From positions 34,507 through 98,506 of the forward strand of contig JADFYG010000010.1 of assembly GCA_015233155.1 (NCBI GenBank): 64,000 nt of DNA. Reading direction: 5' to 3'. This DNA comes from Candidatus Rifleibacteriota bacterium (GTDB lineage: Bacteria > Muiribacteriota > Ozemobacteria > Ozemobacterales > Ozemobacteraceae). Of the stretch, positions 28,582-37,938 are shown in pieces. The notes beneath the pieces were generated by a model that was not told the DNA's origin, made no database searches, and saw only the letters and a program-made list of their open reading frames with translations. Position 1 is the stretch's first letter. The number at the start of each line of letters is the position of its first letter. A program made the position numbers and the translations under genes.

Positions 28582-30351
28582 ATGACGGAGTATGAAATGA
28601 ATGAGTACAATTTTTTTACACCGGCACGTCTGACGATTTTTGCAGCCTGCATCTTCATGCTTTATTTTGCCGGTCTTGGCTCCGTGCCCCTGTTCGACCC
28701 GGACGAACCTGTATACGGTGAATTCGTCAAAGAGATGGTAAAAACCGGAGACTGGACAACTCCTCAATTTACCGGCACTATCTGGTATGACAAACCCCCA
28801 CTTTTTCACTGGTTCGCCTCATTTGCGGTCACGCTGCTCGGTCCAACCGAATTAGCGATCCGCCTGCCTTCAGCCATCATGGCTACAGCATTGTCACTGC
28901 TTGTTTTTGCCTGGGCCTCTTTTGAACTCGGCTCCTTCGGCGGCATTCTCTCAGCCGTGGTAATGGCCACCTGCATTCAGCAGATTGTTCTGGCTCGCGC
29001 AGCCGTGACCGACGTCACCCTGGTTTTCTTTCTCACGCTCACCGTCTTTGCCTGGCGTCTGGGACAATCCGCGGACCGCCGGCTCACCCGCATCGGCTGG
29101 CATATTCTGGCCGGAGCGGCGGCAGGACTGGGAATGCTTACAAAAGGTCCCGTGTCGCTCGTGCTTCCAGGCGCTGCTTTCTTTATCTTCATCTTCTGGA
29201 AACACGATTTGTTCGTCGCAGTCAGGACATTATTCAGTCCGGAAACCGGCATCATGCTCGCCACAGCCCTCCTGACAGGGCTTCCATGGTTTATCATCAG
29301 CTGGAGACTTCATCCTGATGCTTTCTATCACGACATGATCCTGGTAAACCATATCCAGAGATTCCTTAAACCGGAACACCCGGAGCAGACCACCGCCTGG
29401 TATTCCCATTTGATGAACATTCCAGTTCTTTTGTTATTCTTCTTTCCGTGGAGCATTTTTCTACCACAAAGTCTGAGCGATTTCTGGAAACATCGCAAAA
29501 CTCATGACGGACTCGTTCTTGCAGCCATATACGGCGCGACTGTATTCGTGTTTTTTTCCATTTCCAAGACGATACTGGTAACCTATATTTTTCCAATGTA
29601 TCCCGCAGTTTCACTTCTTACCGGGTCATGGCTGATGTCATTGACATCTTCTCCCGCCTTGGCATCGTCGTCCGCTTCGCCGTCATCATCCGCATCGATA
29701 TCTGAGTCAACCTCCGATTCTCCATCTGCGACCACATCTATTTCAGTTTCAGCTATTGATAAAGATGCAGTTCCGGGAAGTTCCGGGGAGTATCGTCTGA
29801 AATGGTCTTTAAATGCCGGTCTCGCTATGGGCGTCATTTTTACACTCGGTCTTACGGTCGCCGCCTGGAACAAGTTTCCGGAAGCCATTGCCGCAGCTCC
29901 GGTATGCGGCGTAATTCTGATCGCGATTTTCGTCACTGCCCGTCGAGCCATCGACACACCGGCAAGCATTCCCTGGGCAATAGCGGCAGGCATGGTAATC
30001 TTTGCTCTGGGTCTTGCCTATATCGTTTTACCATTTGCCGGGCAGCGCGGTTCGACCCGGGAAATAATCGCTTATCTCCCTTCCGATGCCCGTCTGGCCG
30101 CATTTCGTCTCGACCGGCCGAGCATGCCCTTTATCAAGACTCCAAGTGTGATTTTCTATGGTCCGCCAGGTGTTATTAACGCATCGGACGCCTCCGGTAT
30201 CGAAAATTTTCTCCGACACACTGGGGCCTCCGGGCCGACTTTCATCATCACCCGGGACTCATACACCGCCTCTCTGACGCAACAATTCGGCGTGCATGAA
30301 ATCGCTACCCTTGGTGGCTTCGGCCTGACGGCATTCTATCCGGACAAGTGA
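28582..30351 (+). CDS. ArnT-like (GT83/GT39) amino-sugar transferase
   Basis: LFDPDEPVY, YDKPPL, RLPSA, LTKGP, FFPWS, SKT.L.TYIFP. Confidence 0.9.
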   Translation: MTEYEMNEYNFFTPARLTIFAACIFMLYFAGLGSVPLFDPDEPVYGEFVKEMVKTGDWTTPQFTGTIWYDKPPLFHWFASFAVTLLGPTELAIRLPSAIMATALSLLVFAWASFELGSFGGILSAVVMATCIQQIVLARAAVTDVTLVFFLTLTVFAWRLGQSADRRLTRIGWHILAGAAAGLGMLTKGPVSLVLPGAAFFIFIFWKHDLFVAVRTLFSPETGIMLATALLTGLPWFIISWRLHPDAFYHDMILVNHIQRFLKPEHPEQTTAWYSHLMNIPVLLLFFFPWSIFLPQSLSDFWKHRKTHDGLVLAAIYGATVFVFFSISKTILVTYIFPMYPAVSLLTGSWLMSLTSSPALASSSASPSSSASISESTSDSPSATTSISVSAIDKDAVPGSSGEYRLKWSLNAGLAMGVIFTLGLTVAAWNKFPEAIAAAPVCGVILIAIFVTARRAIDTPASIPWAIAAGMVIFALGLAYIVLPFAGQRGSTREIIAYLPSDARLAAFRLDRPSMPFIKTPSVIFYGPPGVINASDASGIENFLRHTGASGPTFIITRDSYTASLTQQFGVHEIATLGGFGLTAFYPDK

Positions 30352-30515
30352 ATTGCCGATAGCATGATTAACAAAGGATGCTAACCTGTTAGTTGATGCG
30401 CAATCATTTTGTGATTGGCATAACCACAAAATGCTACATGGATACATGAGTTTTTCCAGCCATAGGAAATTTCCCGAGTGAGTAATTTATCTCGTCGCTT
30501 CCATTCGGTACCCTC

Positions 30516-30553
30516 TTGACTAGATGATCACAACATGATATTTATACATAAAT
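30516..30553 (+). promoter_or_regulatory. Putative sigma70 promoter and MarR operator
   Basis: ttgact at 30516; inverted repeat atttat-ac-ataaat at 30540-30553, just upstream of marR. Confidence 0.4.
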
Positions 30554-30574
30554 CTTTTATATAGGAATAGTTTA

Positions 30575-31045
30575 ATGCCGCATGAATCTATAAATTTATT
30601 TCACGCTCTCCTCGGGGCCACCAAATCAGCAGTTAAAACAATCTGGGCCTCCGAAGAACTCGCAGGTCTCACCGGCCCGCAGTTCGGCCTGCTCAAGTCT
30701 CTGCACCACAGAGGCGCCATGACACCTGGAGAACTGGCGGAAATACTGGTTGTATCTGCCGGAAACATAACCGGTCTGATCGAGCGTCTGCGAAAACAGG
30801 GACTCGTGGAGCGTCGTCGCCTTGCCTCCGACCGTCGCTGTCTGCGCATCGACTTAACCCCTGCGGGTCGCGCAAAGCTGGACGCAATAACCCCTGTCTG
30901 GGAAAAAGCTGTAAAGTCTTGCTTCAAACCTCTTTCACCGATCGAACGCAAGCAGCTCACAGATCTGTTAAATCGTCTCCACGGACTGCTTCCGGGAGGG
31001 CCACACTGCTGTCATACCAAGGATTCCAAGGAGTCTGGTTCATGA
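30575..31045 (+). CDS. MarR-family transcriptional regulator
   Basis: GLTGPQF.LL, ELAEIL.V..GNITGLIERL.KQGLVER, DRR...IDLT..G. Confidence 0.92.
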   Translation: MPHESINLFHALLGATKSAVKTIWASEELAGLTGPQFGLLKSLHHRGAMTPGELAEILVVSAGNITGLIERLRKQGLVERRRLASDRRCLRIDLTPAGRAKLDAITPVWEKAVKSCFKPLSPIERKQLTDLLNRLHGLLPGGPHCCHTKDSKESGS

Positions 31046-32424
31046 AGGGTTTTCATCGCTTTTTCTATTTCGTATCCGGCATCGTGATCTTCTTCCTGGC
31101 GCTTTCTTCCAATGTTTCCGCTGATCCTGAGAAAAATATAAAAGCCGGGGATCGCGCATCCGAACTCGTGACGGCATATTTCGTCGCGATTCCCAAGATT
31201 CTCACGCTGGAAGATTGTCTCGATCTGGCAGTCGAACACAATCGCTCCGTTTTGACTTCAAAATTCAAAACGGATGCCGCCGTTGCTCATGGAAAACAGG
31301 TGATCTTGTCCCAGCGGCCTACCGCTGCTCTCACAGTTACCGATACAAGGCTCGGCGAGGTTTCCGCTCAGACTGTGGGCACCCTCCAGGATTCAGTTCG
31401 TCTCACTTTAACAGAGAATTTATCGCCTTTTGGCCGGTATCACAGCCAACGGCTTGCGGCAAGAGCGACAATTAACGCAGCGAAGGCTGAAGAGCGCCGA
31501 GCCGCCGTGGATACCTGTTTCAATGTAACCCGAGCATTCTACGATCTGTTGCTCGCTGAAGAACAGATACGTGTCGCATCCGCATCCGTCGATCAGCTTC
31601 AGAAACATCGCGACCACACTGATCAACTGGTAAAAGCGGGAACCGCTCCCCGTTTCGATCTGCTCCGCGCGGAAGTCCAGTTGTCATCGGCACGCCCGAC
31701 GCTGATCAAGGCCCAGCATCTGCGTTCAACCGCTTTGGCCGATCTCCTGCATCTGATCGCCCTGGACCCTGCCGCTGAACCGGTAGCTGTCGGCTCCTTC
31801 CCCGTCTCTTTGGCCGACCTTCCCCGCAATGAAGAGCAGGCGGTGCTTCTGGCAAGCAAGGAGCGCCCTGATCTGGCTTCCGCCATGGCGTCTGAAGAAG
31901 TGGCGCGTCGCCAGATTACACTCTCACGCCAGGCTCTTCAGCCCGTGGTGCAGGTCACAGGAATGACCGAGCAGGCACGGGGCTCGCGTACTCCCATTTC
32001 GATTTACAGAGATAACTGGTCGGTAATAGCAGGTCTTGTGTTTCCTGTTTTCGATTCGGGTTTTTCCCGCGCGCAAACCCGCGAAGCCCAGGCAGGTCTG
32101 TCCCAGTCAGTAATCAATACCGAGAACATTTTATCAGCCCTAAGAGTAGACATACGCAAGGCTCTTTCCGCACTTTCTGAAGCGGAGGAAGTTCTCGCAA
32201 GCCAGAAGAAGAACGTCGAACAGGCGGAGGAAGCTCTGGCAATAGCCCAGACCGCTTACGGCACCGGTGCCAATACGGCGCTCGACGTTCTTGACGCAGA
32301 GCTGGCACTTACCCAGGCAAAAACGTTATGGTTTCAGGCCATGCATGATCGCGTAGTGGCATCTGCGCAACTAGAGCATTCACTTGGCATCCTGCCTGTT
32401 CAATTTCGTGTACAAAAGCACTGA
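31042..32424 (+). CDS. TolC-family outer membrane efflux protein
   Basis: ATG 31042 (ATGA overlap); LTLEDCLDLAVEHN, DLLRAEVQ, PVFDSG, LDVLDAE. Confidence 0.9.
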   Translation: MKGFHRFFYFVSGIVIFFLALSSNVSADPEKNIKAGDRASELVTAYFVAIPKILTLEDCLDLAVEHNRSVLTSKFKTDAAVAHGKQVILSQRPTAALTVTDTRLGEVSAQTVGTLQDSVRLTLTENLSPFGRYHSQRLAARATINAAKAEERRAAVDTCFNVTRAFYDLLLAEEQIRVASASVDQLQKHRDHTDQLVKAGTAPRFDLLRAEVQLSSARPTLIKAQHLRSTALADLLHLIALDPAAEPVAVGSFPVSLADLPRNEEQAVLLASKERPDLASAMASEEVARRQITLSRQALQPVVQVTGMTEQARGSRTPISIYRDNWSVIAGLVFPVFDSGFSRAQTREAQAGLSQSVINTENILSALRVDIRKALSALSEAEEVLASQKKNVEQAEEALAIAQTAYGTGANTALDVLDAELALTQAKTLWFQAMHDRVVASAQLEHSLGILPVQFRVQKH

Positions 32425-32466
32425 GTCGGCCGAATGTCACCCCTTGTGCATTAAAAGGAAAACATT

Positions 32467-33531
32467 ATGAATACACATTTTATCCGTGTCCGCATCACCT
32501 TTCTGTCTTTTATTTCCGCCTTTTCCATGATTTTCACACCTTTCTGCACGGCAGCTTCGGCTGCCTCGCCTGACGACGCCGTCACTGCATCAGCAGCTGT
32601 TTCAGCGACAAATGAACCCAAAAACACTGATGAATCCATCAATCTGGCCGTAGGGGAGCTTATCGGGGAAGTTCTGCCGATGCGCAAAGCAGCTCTCGCA
32701 ACGAAAGTCAGCGGCCGTTTGGTTTTCGTGCCACTTTTCTCCGGCGAATCCGCCGCATCGGGAACCATTATAGCCACGATAGACCCGCGTGATTTCGAGC
32801 TGGCCGTGGAGCAGTCTCAGGCTGCTCTCGAGGCGGCGCGTGTGCGTTTGAAACAGCTCGAAACAGGCTTCCGGCCGGAGGAACGGCGTTCGGCGGCCGA
32901 GACTCTTAAACAGGCGCTGGCGAATCGCGACAATGCTCAGGCTGATTATCTGCGCATGCGCGACCTGTGCAAGGCGGGAGCCGTTTCCCAGCAGACGCTG
33001 GATGCCGCTGAAGCACGTGCAAAAGTAAACGAAGCCCAGTACATTGCCGCTCGCGAACAAAAATCTCTGGTCGACCAGGGGCCGCGACTGGAGGAAAAAG
33101 ATGGTGCACGCGCTACGGTCCGACAAATGGAAGCCACCCTTGATCTGGCCCGCCTGCAACTCGAGTTTGCAAGCATTAAAGCCCCGTTCGACGGTGTCAT
33201 TTCGCAACGCATGCTGGATGAAGGCGCCTATGTGACGAGCAGCAATCCGGTCTATACCATCATGCAGATCGATCCTGTGATTGTCGCCGTAGACTGCCCC
33301 GAACGTTTCGTTCCAAGTCTCTCAACCGGGCTCAAGGCCGTAATCAGTCTTGATGCATTGCCCGGAAGGAGTTTTTTCGGCACGCTTGACCGGCTTCCGG
33401 CGTTTCTTGATTCTAAAACCCGTGCAGCGCGGATAGAAATCACGGTTCCGAACCCGGAAAAGATTTTGAAACCGGGGATGTTTGCGCGGGTCCGGATTTC
33501 ACTTCCGGGGGAAAAGGCACCAGTAAAATGA
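32467..33531 (+). CDS. RND periplasmic adaptor (membrane fusion protein)
   Basis: KVSGRL, coiled-coil hairpin, IKAPFDGVI, LKPGMFARV. Confidence 0.9.
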   Translation: MNTHFIRVRITFLSFISAFSMIFTPFCTAASAASPDDAVTASAAVSATNEPKNTDESINLAVGELIGEVLPMRKAALATKVSGRLVFVPLFSGESAASGTIIATIDPRDFELAVEQSQAALEAARVRLKQLETGFRPEERRSAAETLKQALANRDNAQADYLRMRDLCKAGAVSQQTLDAAEARAKVNEAQYIAAREQKSLVDQGPRLEEKDGARATVRQMEATLDLARLQLEFASIKAPFDGVISQRMLDEGAYVTSSNPVYTIMQIDPVIVAVDCPERFVPSLSTGLKAVISLDALPGRSFFGTLDRLPAFLDSKTRAARIEITVPNPEKILKPGMFARVRISLPGEKAPVK

Positions 33532-36500
33532 ATCTCGCTGATATATGTATTCGTCGTCCTGTTTTTACTCTGATGATCATATCGGCAATGGTCGTACTGG
33601 GGGCGTTTTCTTACAGCGGCCTCGGTCTCGATCTGATGCCCAAAATGGACTTTCCGATCATACGCATCGCGGCAACGCTTCCGGGTGCGAGTCCGGAGGA
33701 AATGGAAACCCAGATCGCCAAACCAATTGAAGAAGCTGTCAACACAGCAGGCGGAATTGACGAAATCAACACAAAATGTCTTTTCGGGGCCGCGCAGATA
33801 GCCGTAAGATTCAATCTCGAAAAAGACATCAACGTCGCCGCCCAGGAAGTGCGCGATCGTATAGCCCGTATTCTGAAAGATTTTCCGGAAGGCACTGATC
33901 CGCCAATCATCGAAAAACTGGATCCGGATGCGTCACCAGTCATTACGCTCATCATTTCAGGAAAAATGGCGCTCCGTGAGCTGACCTTTTTTACGAAGAA
34001 ACATATCAAGGAACCGCTCGAATCGATTGAAGGCGTAGGTGCAATCCAGGTCGTCGGCGGACGCGAACGTGAAATACATGTCGAGCTTGATGCAAAAAAG
34101 CTTGGAGCCTACAATATATCGTCCACGCAGATACGCGATGCACTGCAGTCCCAGAATGTTGAAATACCCGGTGGTCAGGTAACCGAAAAAGACCGTGAGT
34201 TCGTTCTCAGAACCCTGGGACGCATTTATGATCCGGTCAAATTCGGGGAAGTGGTCGTCACAACACTGAACAACACGCCAATTTGCGTGAAAGATCTCGG
34301 AACAGTATATGACGGTGAGGCCGAGCCACGAACACTTGCGCGTCTCGACGGCGTTAACGCTCTTTCCCTCGTCATTCAAAAGCAGTCCGGAGTGAATACG
34401 CTCGATGTCATAGGACGCATCAAGAAACGCATTAAAGAGCTTTCCGTGAATTTCCCGGAGGGAATGTCGGTCGTTCCGGTTCGTGACCAGTCGGAGTTCA
34501 TCGAAAATTCTCTGCATGAGTTGAAGAAGCATCTGATACTCGGGGCCATATTCGCATCGCTCGTGGTTTTCCTGTTCATGCGAAATATCGTCTCGACATT
34601 CATCTCAGCCACGGCCATTCCCGTTTCGCTGATTTCAACGTTCCTTTTAATGCGCCTGATGGGCTTTACACTCAATAACATGTCCATGCTCGGCCTGACG
34701 CTGGCCGTTGGTATAGTCATTGATGATGCCATCGTTGTGCTAGAAAATATATTCCGTCACATGGAAGAAAAGCAGTCTGATGCGGTAACCGCAGCACATG
34801 AGGGAACAGCGGAGATTTACCTTGCTGTTATGGCGACGTCGCTTTCCCTGTCTGTAATTTTCGTTCCGGTTGCTTTCATGGAAGGCATCATCGGAAGATT
34901 TCTCAACAATTTCGGACTTACTATAGCCTTCGCCATTCTGGTGTCCGTCTTCGTTTCATTCAGTCTGACCCCAATGCTCTGTTCGCGTTTTTTCAAATAC
35001 AAATTCGCGCGTGGGGCCGGACACAGTAAAGATTCTAACTTCTATGCACTCATCGACTGGTCATACGGCAAATCTCTGAAATTTTCCCTGAAATATCGTT
35101 GGACAATAGTTTTAATTGCCGTCTGCTGTGTTCTTTCTCTCAAACCCATGGGAAAATTTCTGCGTTTCGATTTCATTCCTGCCGACGATACGGGTGAATT
35201 CAATGTAAGTTTCCGTGCAGATGAAGGATCATCACTCTATGGCACCGAAAACATTCTCAAGGAGATCGAAGCGAAAATCGGGAAACTCCCGGAAGTGAAA
35301 CACGTTTTCTCCACTATTGGTGAGGGTGTCGGAGTTGGCGTGAATGAAGCAAATATGTATATTCAACTCAACGGCATGGAGACGCGTAAACTCACGCAGT
35401 TCGAAATCATGGATCAGGCCCGGAAGATCATGAAGGATTACAAGGATATGCAGCCATCCGTTCAGGCAAACGGGGGAATCGGCGGACAAAAAACGATAGA
35501 TACTACATATGTCATCACCGGACCAGATCTCGACAAGATCAATGTTTATACAAAATCAATTATTGAGAAACTACGTCAGAGCCCGAAAGTCGGCAATGCC
35601 GATTCCAGCTTCATAGAACGGAAGCCGGAAGTACATGTCCGGCTCGATCGCGAGCGCGCGTATCGCATGGGAGTAAGACTCGATTCTGTTGCCGGATCAC
35701 TTCGCACACTCATCGGGGGTGCCGATCAGATAACACGCTACAAGGAAGCCGATGAATTGTATGAGGTGCGCGTGCGCCTTCGCGCGGAAGACCGCTCAAA
35801 TGCGGAGGCAATCGCCGGAATTCTGCTTCCGACAACTGGGGGCGCCCTGGTAAGGCTGGACACCATCGCTTCCGTGACACTCGGCTTCGGGCCGGCGGAA
35901 ATCGATCGCAAGGATCGCCAACGCAGCATAGCTGTCAATGCCAATTTGGCCAAGGGAGCCGCATTGAGCGAGATCAACGAGATTATTTCTTCCGCTGCAA
36001 GCATATTGAATATGCCTCCGGAATATGCAGGCGGATTCACCGGCCGTTCAAAAGAAATGGCCAGAACGGTCAAAGGCTTCATGGTCGCATTTTTCATGAG
36101 CGCGATCTTTATGTACATGATTCTTGCGTCCCAGTTCGAAAGTTTACTGCATCCAGTGACTATTATGTTTTCCTTACCTCTGTCCGTTCCTTTCGCGATC
36201 CTGTCGCTTCTTATCACCGGTGGAACGTTGAACATCTACTCGGCGCTGGGTATATTCATGCTCTTCGGCATCGTTAAAAAGAACGCCATTTTGCAGATAG
36301 ATTATACCAACACGCTTCGTGAGCGCGGATACGACCGGGAAAAAGCCGTTATCGAAGCGAACCACGCACGTCTGCGGCCTATTTTGATGACGACCGTCAC
36401 CCTGGTTGCCGGCATGTTGCCGATGGCCCTGGGAACAGGCGCCGGAGCTGCAACACGGTCTTCCATGGCCATCGTAATCATAGGCGGTCAAACGTTGTGC

Positions 36501-36596
36501 CTTCTTATTACGCTTCTCTTGACACCGGTTGCATACACGCTGTTCGACGATCTTATGGTATGGCTGACAAGCATTATGCCAAAACTGAAGACCTGA
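33528..36596 (+). CDS. RND efflux permease (AcrB/MdtB-like)
   Basis: IRRPV, LPGASPEEME, GIVIDDAIVVLENI, GIVKKNAIL, RLRPILMTT. Confidence 0.95.
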   Translation: MNLADICIRRPVFTLMIISAMVVLGAFSYSGLGLDLMPKMDFPIIRIAATLPGASPEEMETQIAKPIEEAVNTAGGIDEINTKCLFGAAQIAVRFNLEKDINVAAQEVRDRIARILKDFPEGTDPPIIEKLDPDASPVITLIISGKMALRELTFFTKKHIKEPLESIEGVGAIQVVGGREREIHVELDAKKLGAYNISSTQIRDALQSQNVEIPGGQVTEKDREFVLRTLGRIYDPVKFGEVVVTTLNNTPICVKDLGTVYDGEAEPRTLARLDGVNALSLVIQKQSGVNTLDVIGRIKKRIKELSVNFPEGMSVVPVRDQSEFIENSLHELKKHLILGAIFASLVVFLFMRNIVSTFISATAIPVSLISTFLLMRLMGFTLNNMSMLGLTLAVGIVIDDAIVVLENIFRHMEEKQSDAVTAAHEGTAEIYLAVMATSLSLSVIFVPVAFMEGIIGRFLNNFGLTIAFAILVSVFVSFSLTPMLCSRFFKYKFARGAGHSKDSNFYALIDWSYGKSLKFSLKYRWTIVLIAVCCVLSLKPMGKFLRFDFIPADDTGEFNVSFRADEGSSLYGTENILKEIEAKIGKLPEVKHVFSTIGEGVGVGVNEANMYIQLNGMETRKLTQFEIMDQARKIMKDYKDMQPSVQANGGIGGQKTIDTTYVITGPDLDKINVYTKSIIEKLRQSPKVGNADSSFIERKPEVHVRLDRERAYRMGVRLDSVAGSLRTLIGGADQITRYKEADELYEVRVRLRAEDRSNAEAIAGILLPTTGGALVRLDTIASVTLGFGPAEIDRKDRQRSIAVNANLAKGAALSEINEIISSAASILNMPPEYAGGFTGRSKEMARTVKGFMVAFFMSAIFMYMILASQFESLLHPVTIMFSLPLSVPFAILSLLITGGTLNIYSALGIFMLFGIVKKNAILQIDYTNTLRERGYDREKAVIEANHARLRPILMTTVTLVAGMLPMALGTGAGAATRSSMAIVIIGGQTLCLLITLLLTPVAYTLFDDLMVWLTSIMPKLKT

Positions 36597-36621
36597 AATT
36601 CGGTAATACTACAACGGCACG

Positions 36622-36709
36622 TCTCACGGAGCGCACGGAGAACGCAGAGAAAAGATCCGGAATCAGCTTTCTTGAAAAACGCTCTGTGGGCTTTGTGTCA
36701 TTTGTGAGA
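36622..36709. repeat. Empty inverted-arm element (9-bp period, TCTCAC...GTGAGA) at the left border of the defence island
   Basis: tctcacggagcgcacggagaacgcagag (36622-36649) and ctctgtgggctttgtgtcatttgtgaga (36682-36709). Confidence 0.75.
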
Positions 36710-36786
36710 AAAACAAAGTGCTGTTGAAGTAGTCAGAGACGGGGATAAAGGTCTCAGAAATATCGACAGTTATCATACACGCGCCC

Positions 36787-37938
36787 CTACATTCGTCGTT
36801 TAATCAGTACAGTGAACTTGTTTCCATCACGATCGTCTATAAAATCTATAGCTTTGTATTCTCTCAATGCTCTCTTGATTCCGCTTCCAAGTCCACGATA
36901 CGGCAACATTCTTGAAGCGAATGAAGCAAGAATTGGATTTCTTATATTTGAGTTTCCATTCTTGATATTTTCAATTGTTAAATTATTCGGCAAATGCCCC
37001 GGGCTAATGATTTCGATTCTATCTGCAAATACCAATAAACGAATTGGAGCCGTTATAAAATAATCTCTGTGAATCAAAGCATTTGCCACGAGTTCCTCAA
37101 AAACAATTCGTGGAATTTCGTCGTCGCCAACAGAATTGAAGCCTTGTTCGCCTTGAATGCTCCTCGTATTTGTCAAAAGAAATGCTAGAGAACGTTGAAA
37201 AACATCTGAAAGCCTGCCTGCAATGTCTTTACTATCCACATACTTTGTCTCTTCGATATCAGTGCCAGAAAACGCCACGGCCTTAACAATGAATGCGGGG
37301 AGCCTGAATTGCGGAGCTTGTGAAAACATTAATGCCCCTGCAACATTGAATACATCGCCATCAGCAAGATTCATATTATGTAGTAGTTGCGTGAGATTCG
37401 TTTCTGATTTATCCAGAGAAATCCCATACTCTTTCTCATAAAAAGAAGAAAAGAAGTCCATATCTATACTGGCTATCGAAATTCGATTTGCCGCAATCTC
37501 ATCGCCGTGGACCAACCCGGACTTCTGGAGCATTCGCTGGATTTCTTCCCGAGACGTCACTTTTCGTTTATCCGAACCGGACTTTACCCAAATCGCTCCT
37601 GAATTGTCCATGTATGGTTTGCTGAGTCCATCAGGTATTGTGACCACCATGACGATGCCATCAGGAAGTTTGACATTTTCGGTGCCGTAGTTAATCGGAG
37701 GTCGAACCGATTGTGAGCTTGCATTGGACAAAAGCTGATTCAGTCGCCCAATGTCATCTCTTTGAAGCCCTGCTATGGATCCGTCATTGTTCACACCTAT
37801 GAAGATCCTGCCACCGCCCGTATTACAGAATGCCACGATTTCTGCAGCAAGTGAGTCAACATTCGTGATGTTCGCCTTGAATTGATTCTTGCCGTCTTCT
37901 TCACGGCTGATTATTTCAATTAATTCCGAGGTTTCCAT
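36787..37938 (-). CDS. Schlafen/AlbA_2 domain + HATPase_c_4 ('RecG C-terminal-like') protein
   Basis: E...QFK, IVAFCNTGGGRIFIGV.NDG; ELVANALIHRDY, SPGHLP, RNPILA, GSGI. Confidence 0.85.
   Translation of the reverse strand: METSELIEIISREEDGKNQFKANITNVDSLAAEIVAFCNTGGGRIFIGVNNDGSIAGLQRDDIGRLNQLLSNASSQSVRPPINYGTENVKLPDGIVMVVTIPDGLSKPYMDNSGAIWVKSGSDKRKVTSREEIQRMLQKSGLVHGDEIAANRISIASIDMDFFSSFYEKEYGISLDKSETNLTQLLHNMNLADGDVFNVAGALMFSQAPQFRLPAFIVKAVAFSGTDIEETKYVDSKDIAGRLSDVFQRSLAFLLTNTRSIQGEQGFNSVGDDEIPRIVFEELVANALIHRDYFITAPIRLLVFADRIEIISPGHLPNNLTIENIKNGNSNIRNPILASFASRMLPYRGLGSGIKRALREYKAIDFIDDRDGNKFTVLIKRRM

Noticed and set aside
36787-37938. RecG DNA helicase annotation
   Set aside because: No SF2 helicase motifs; the architecture is AlbA_2 + HATPase_c_4.
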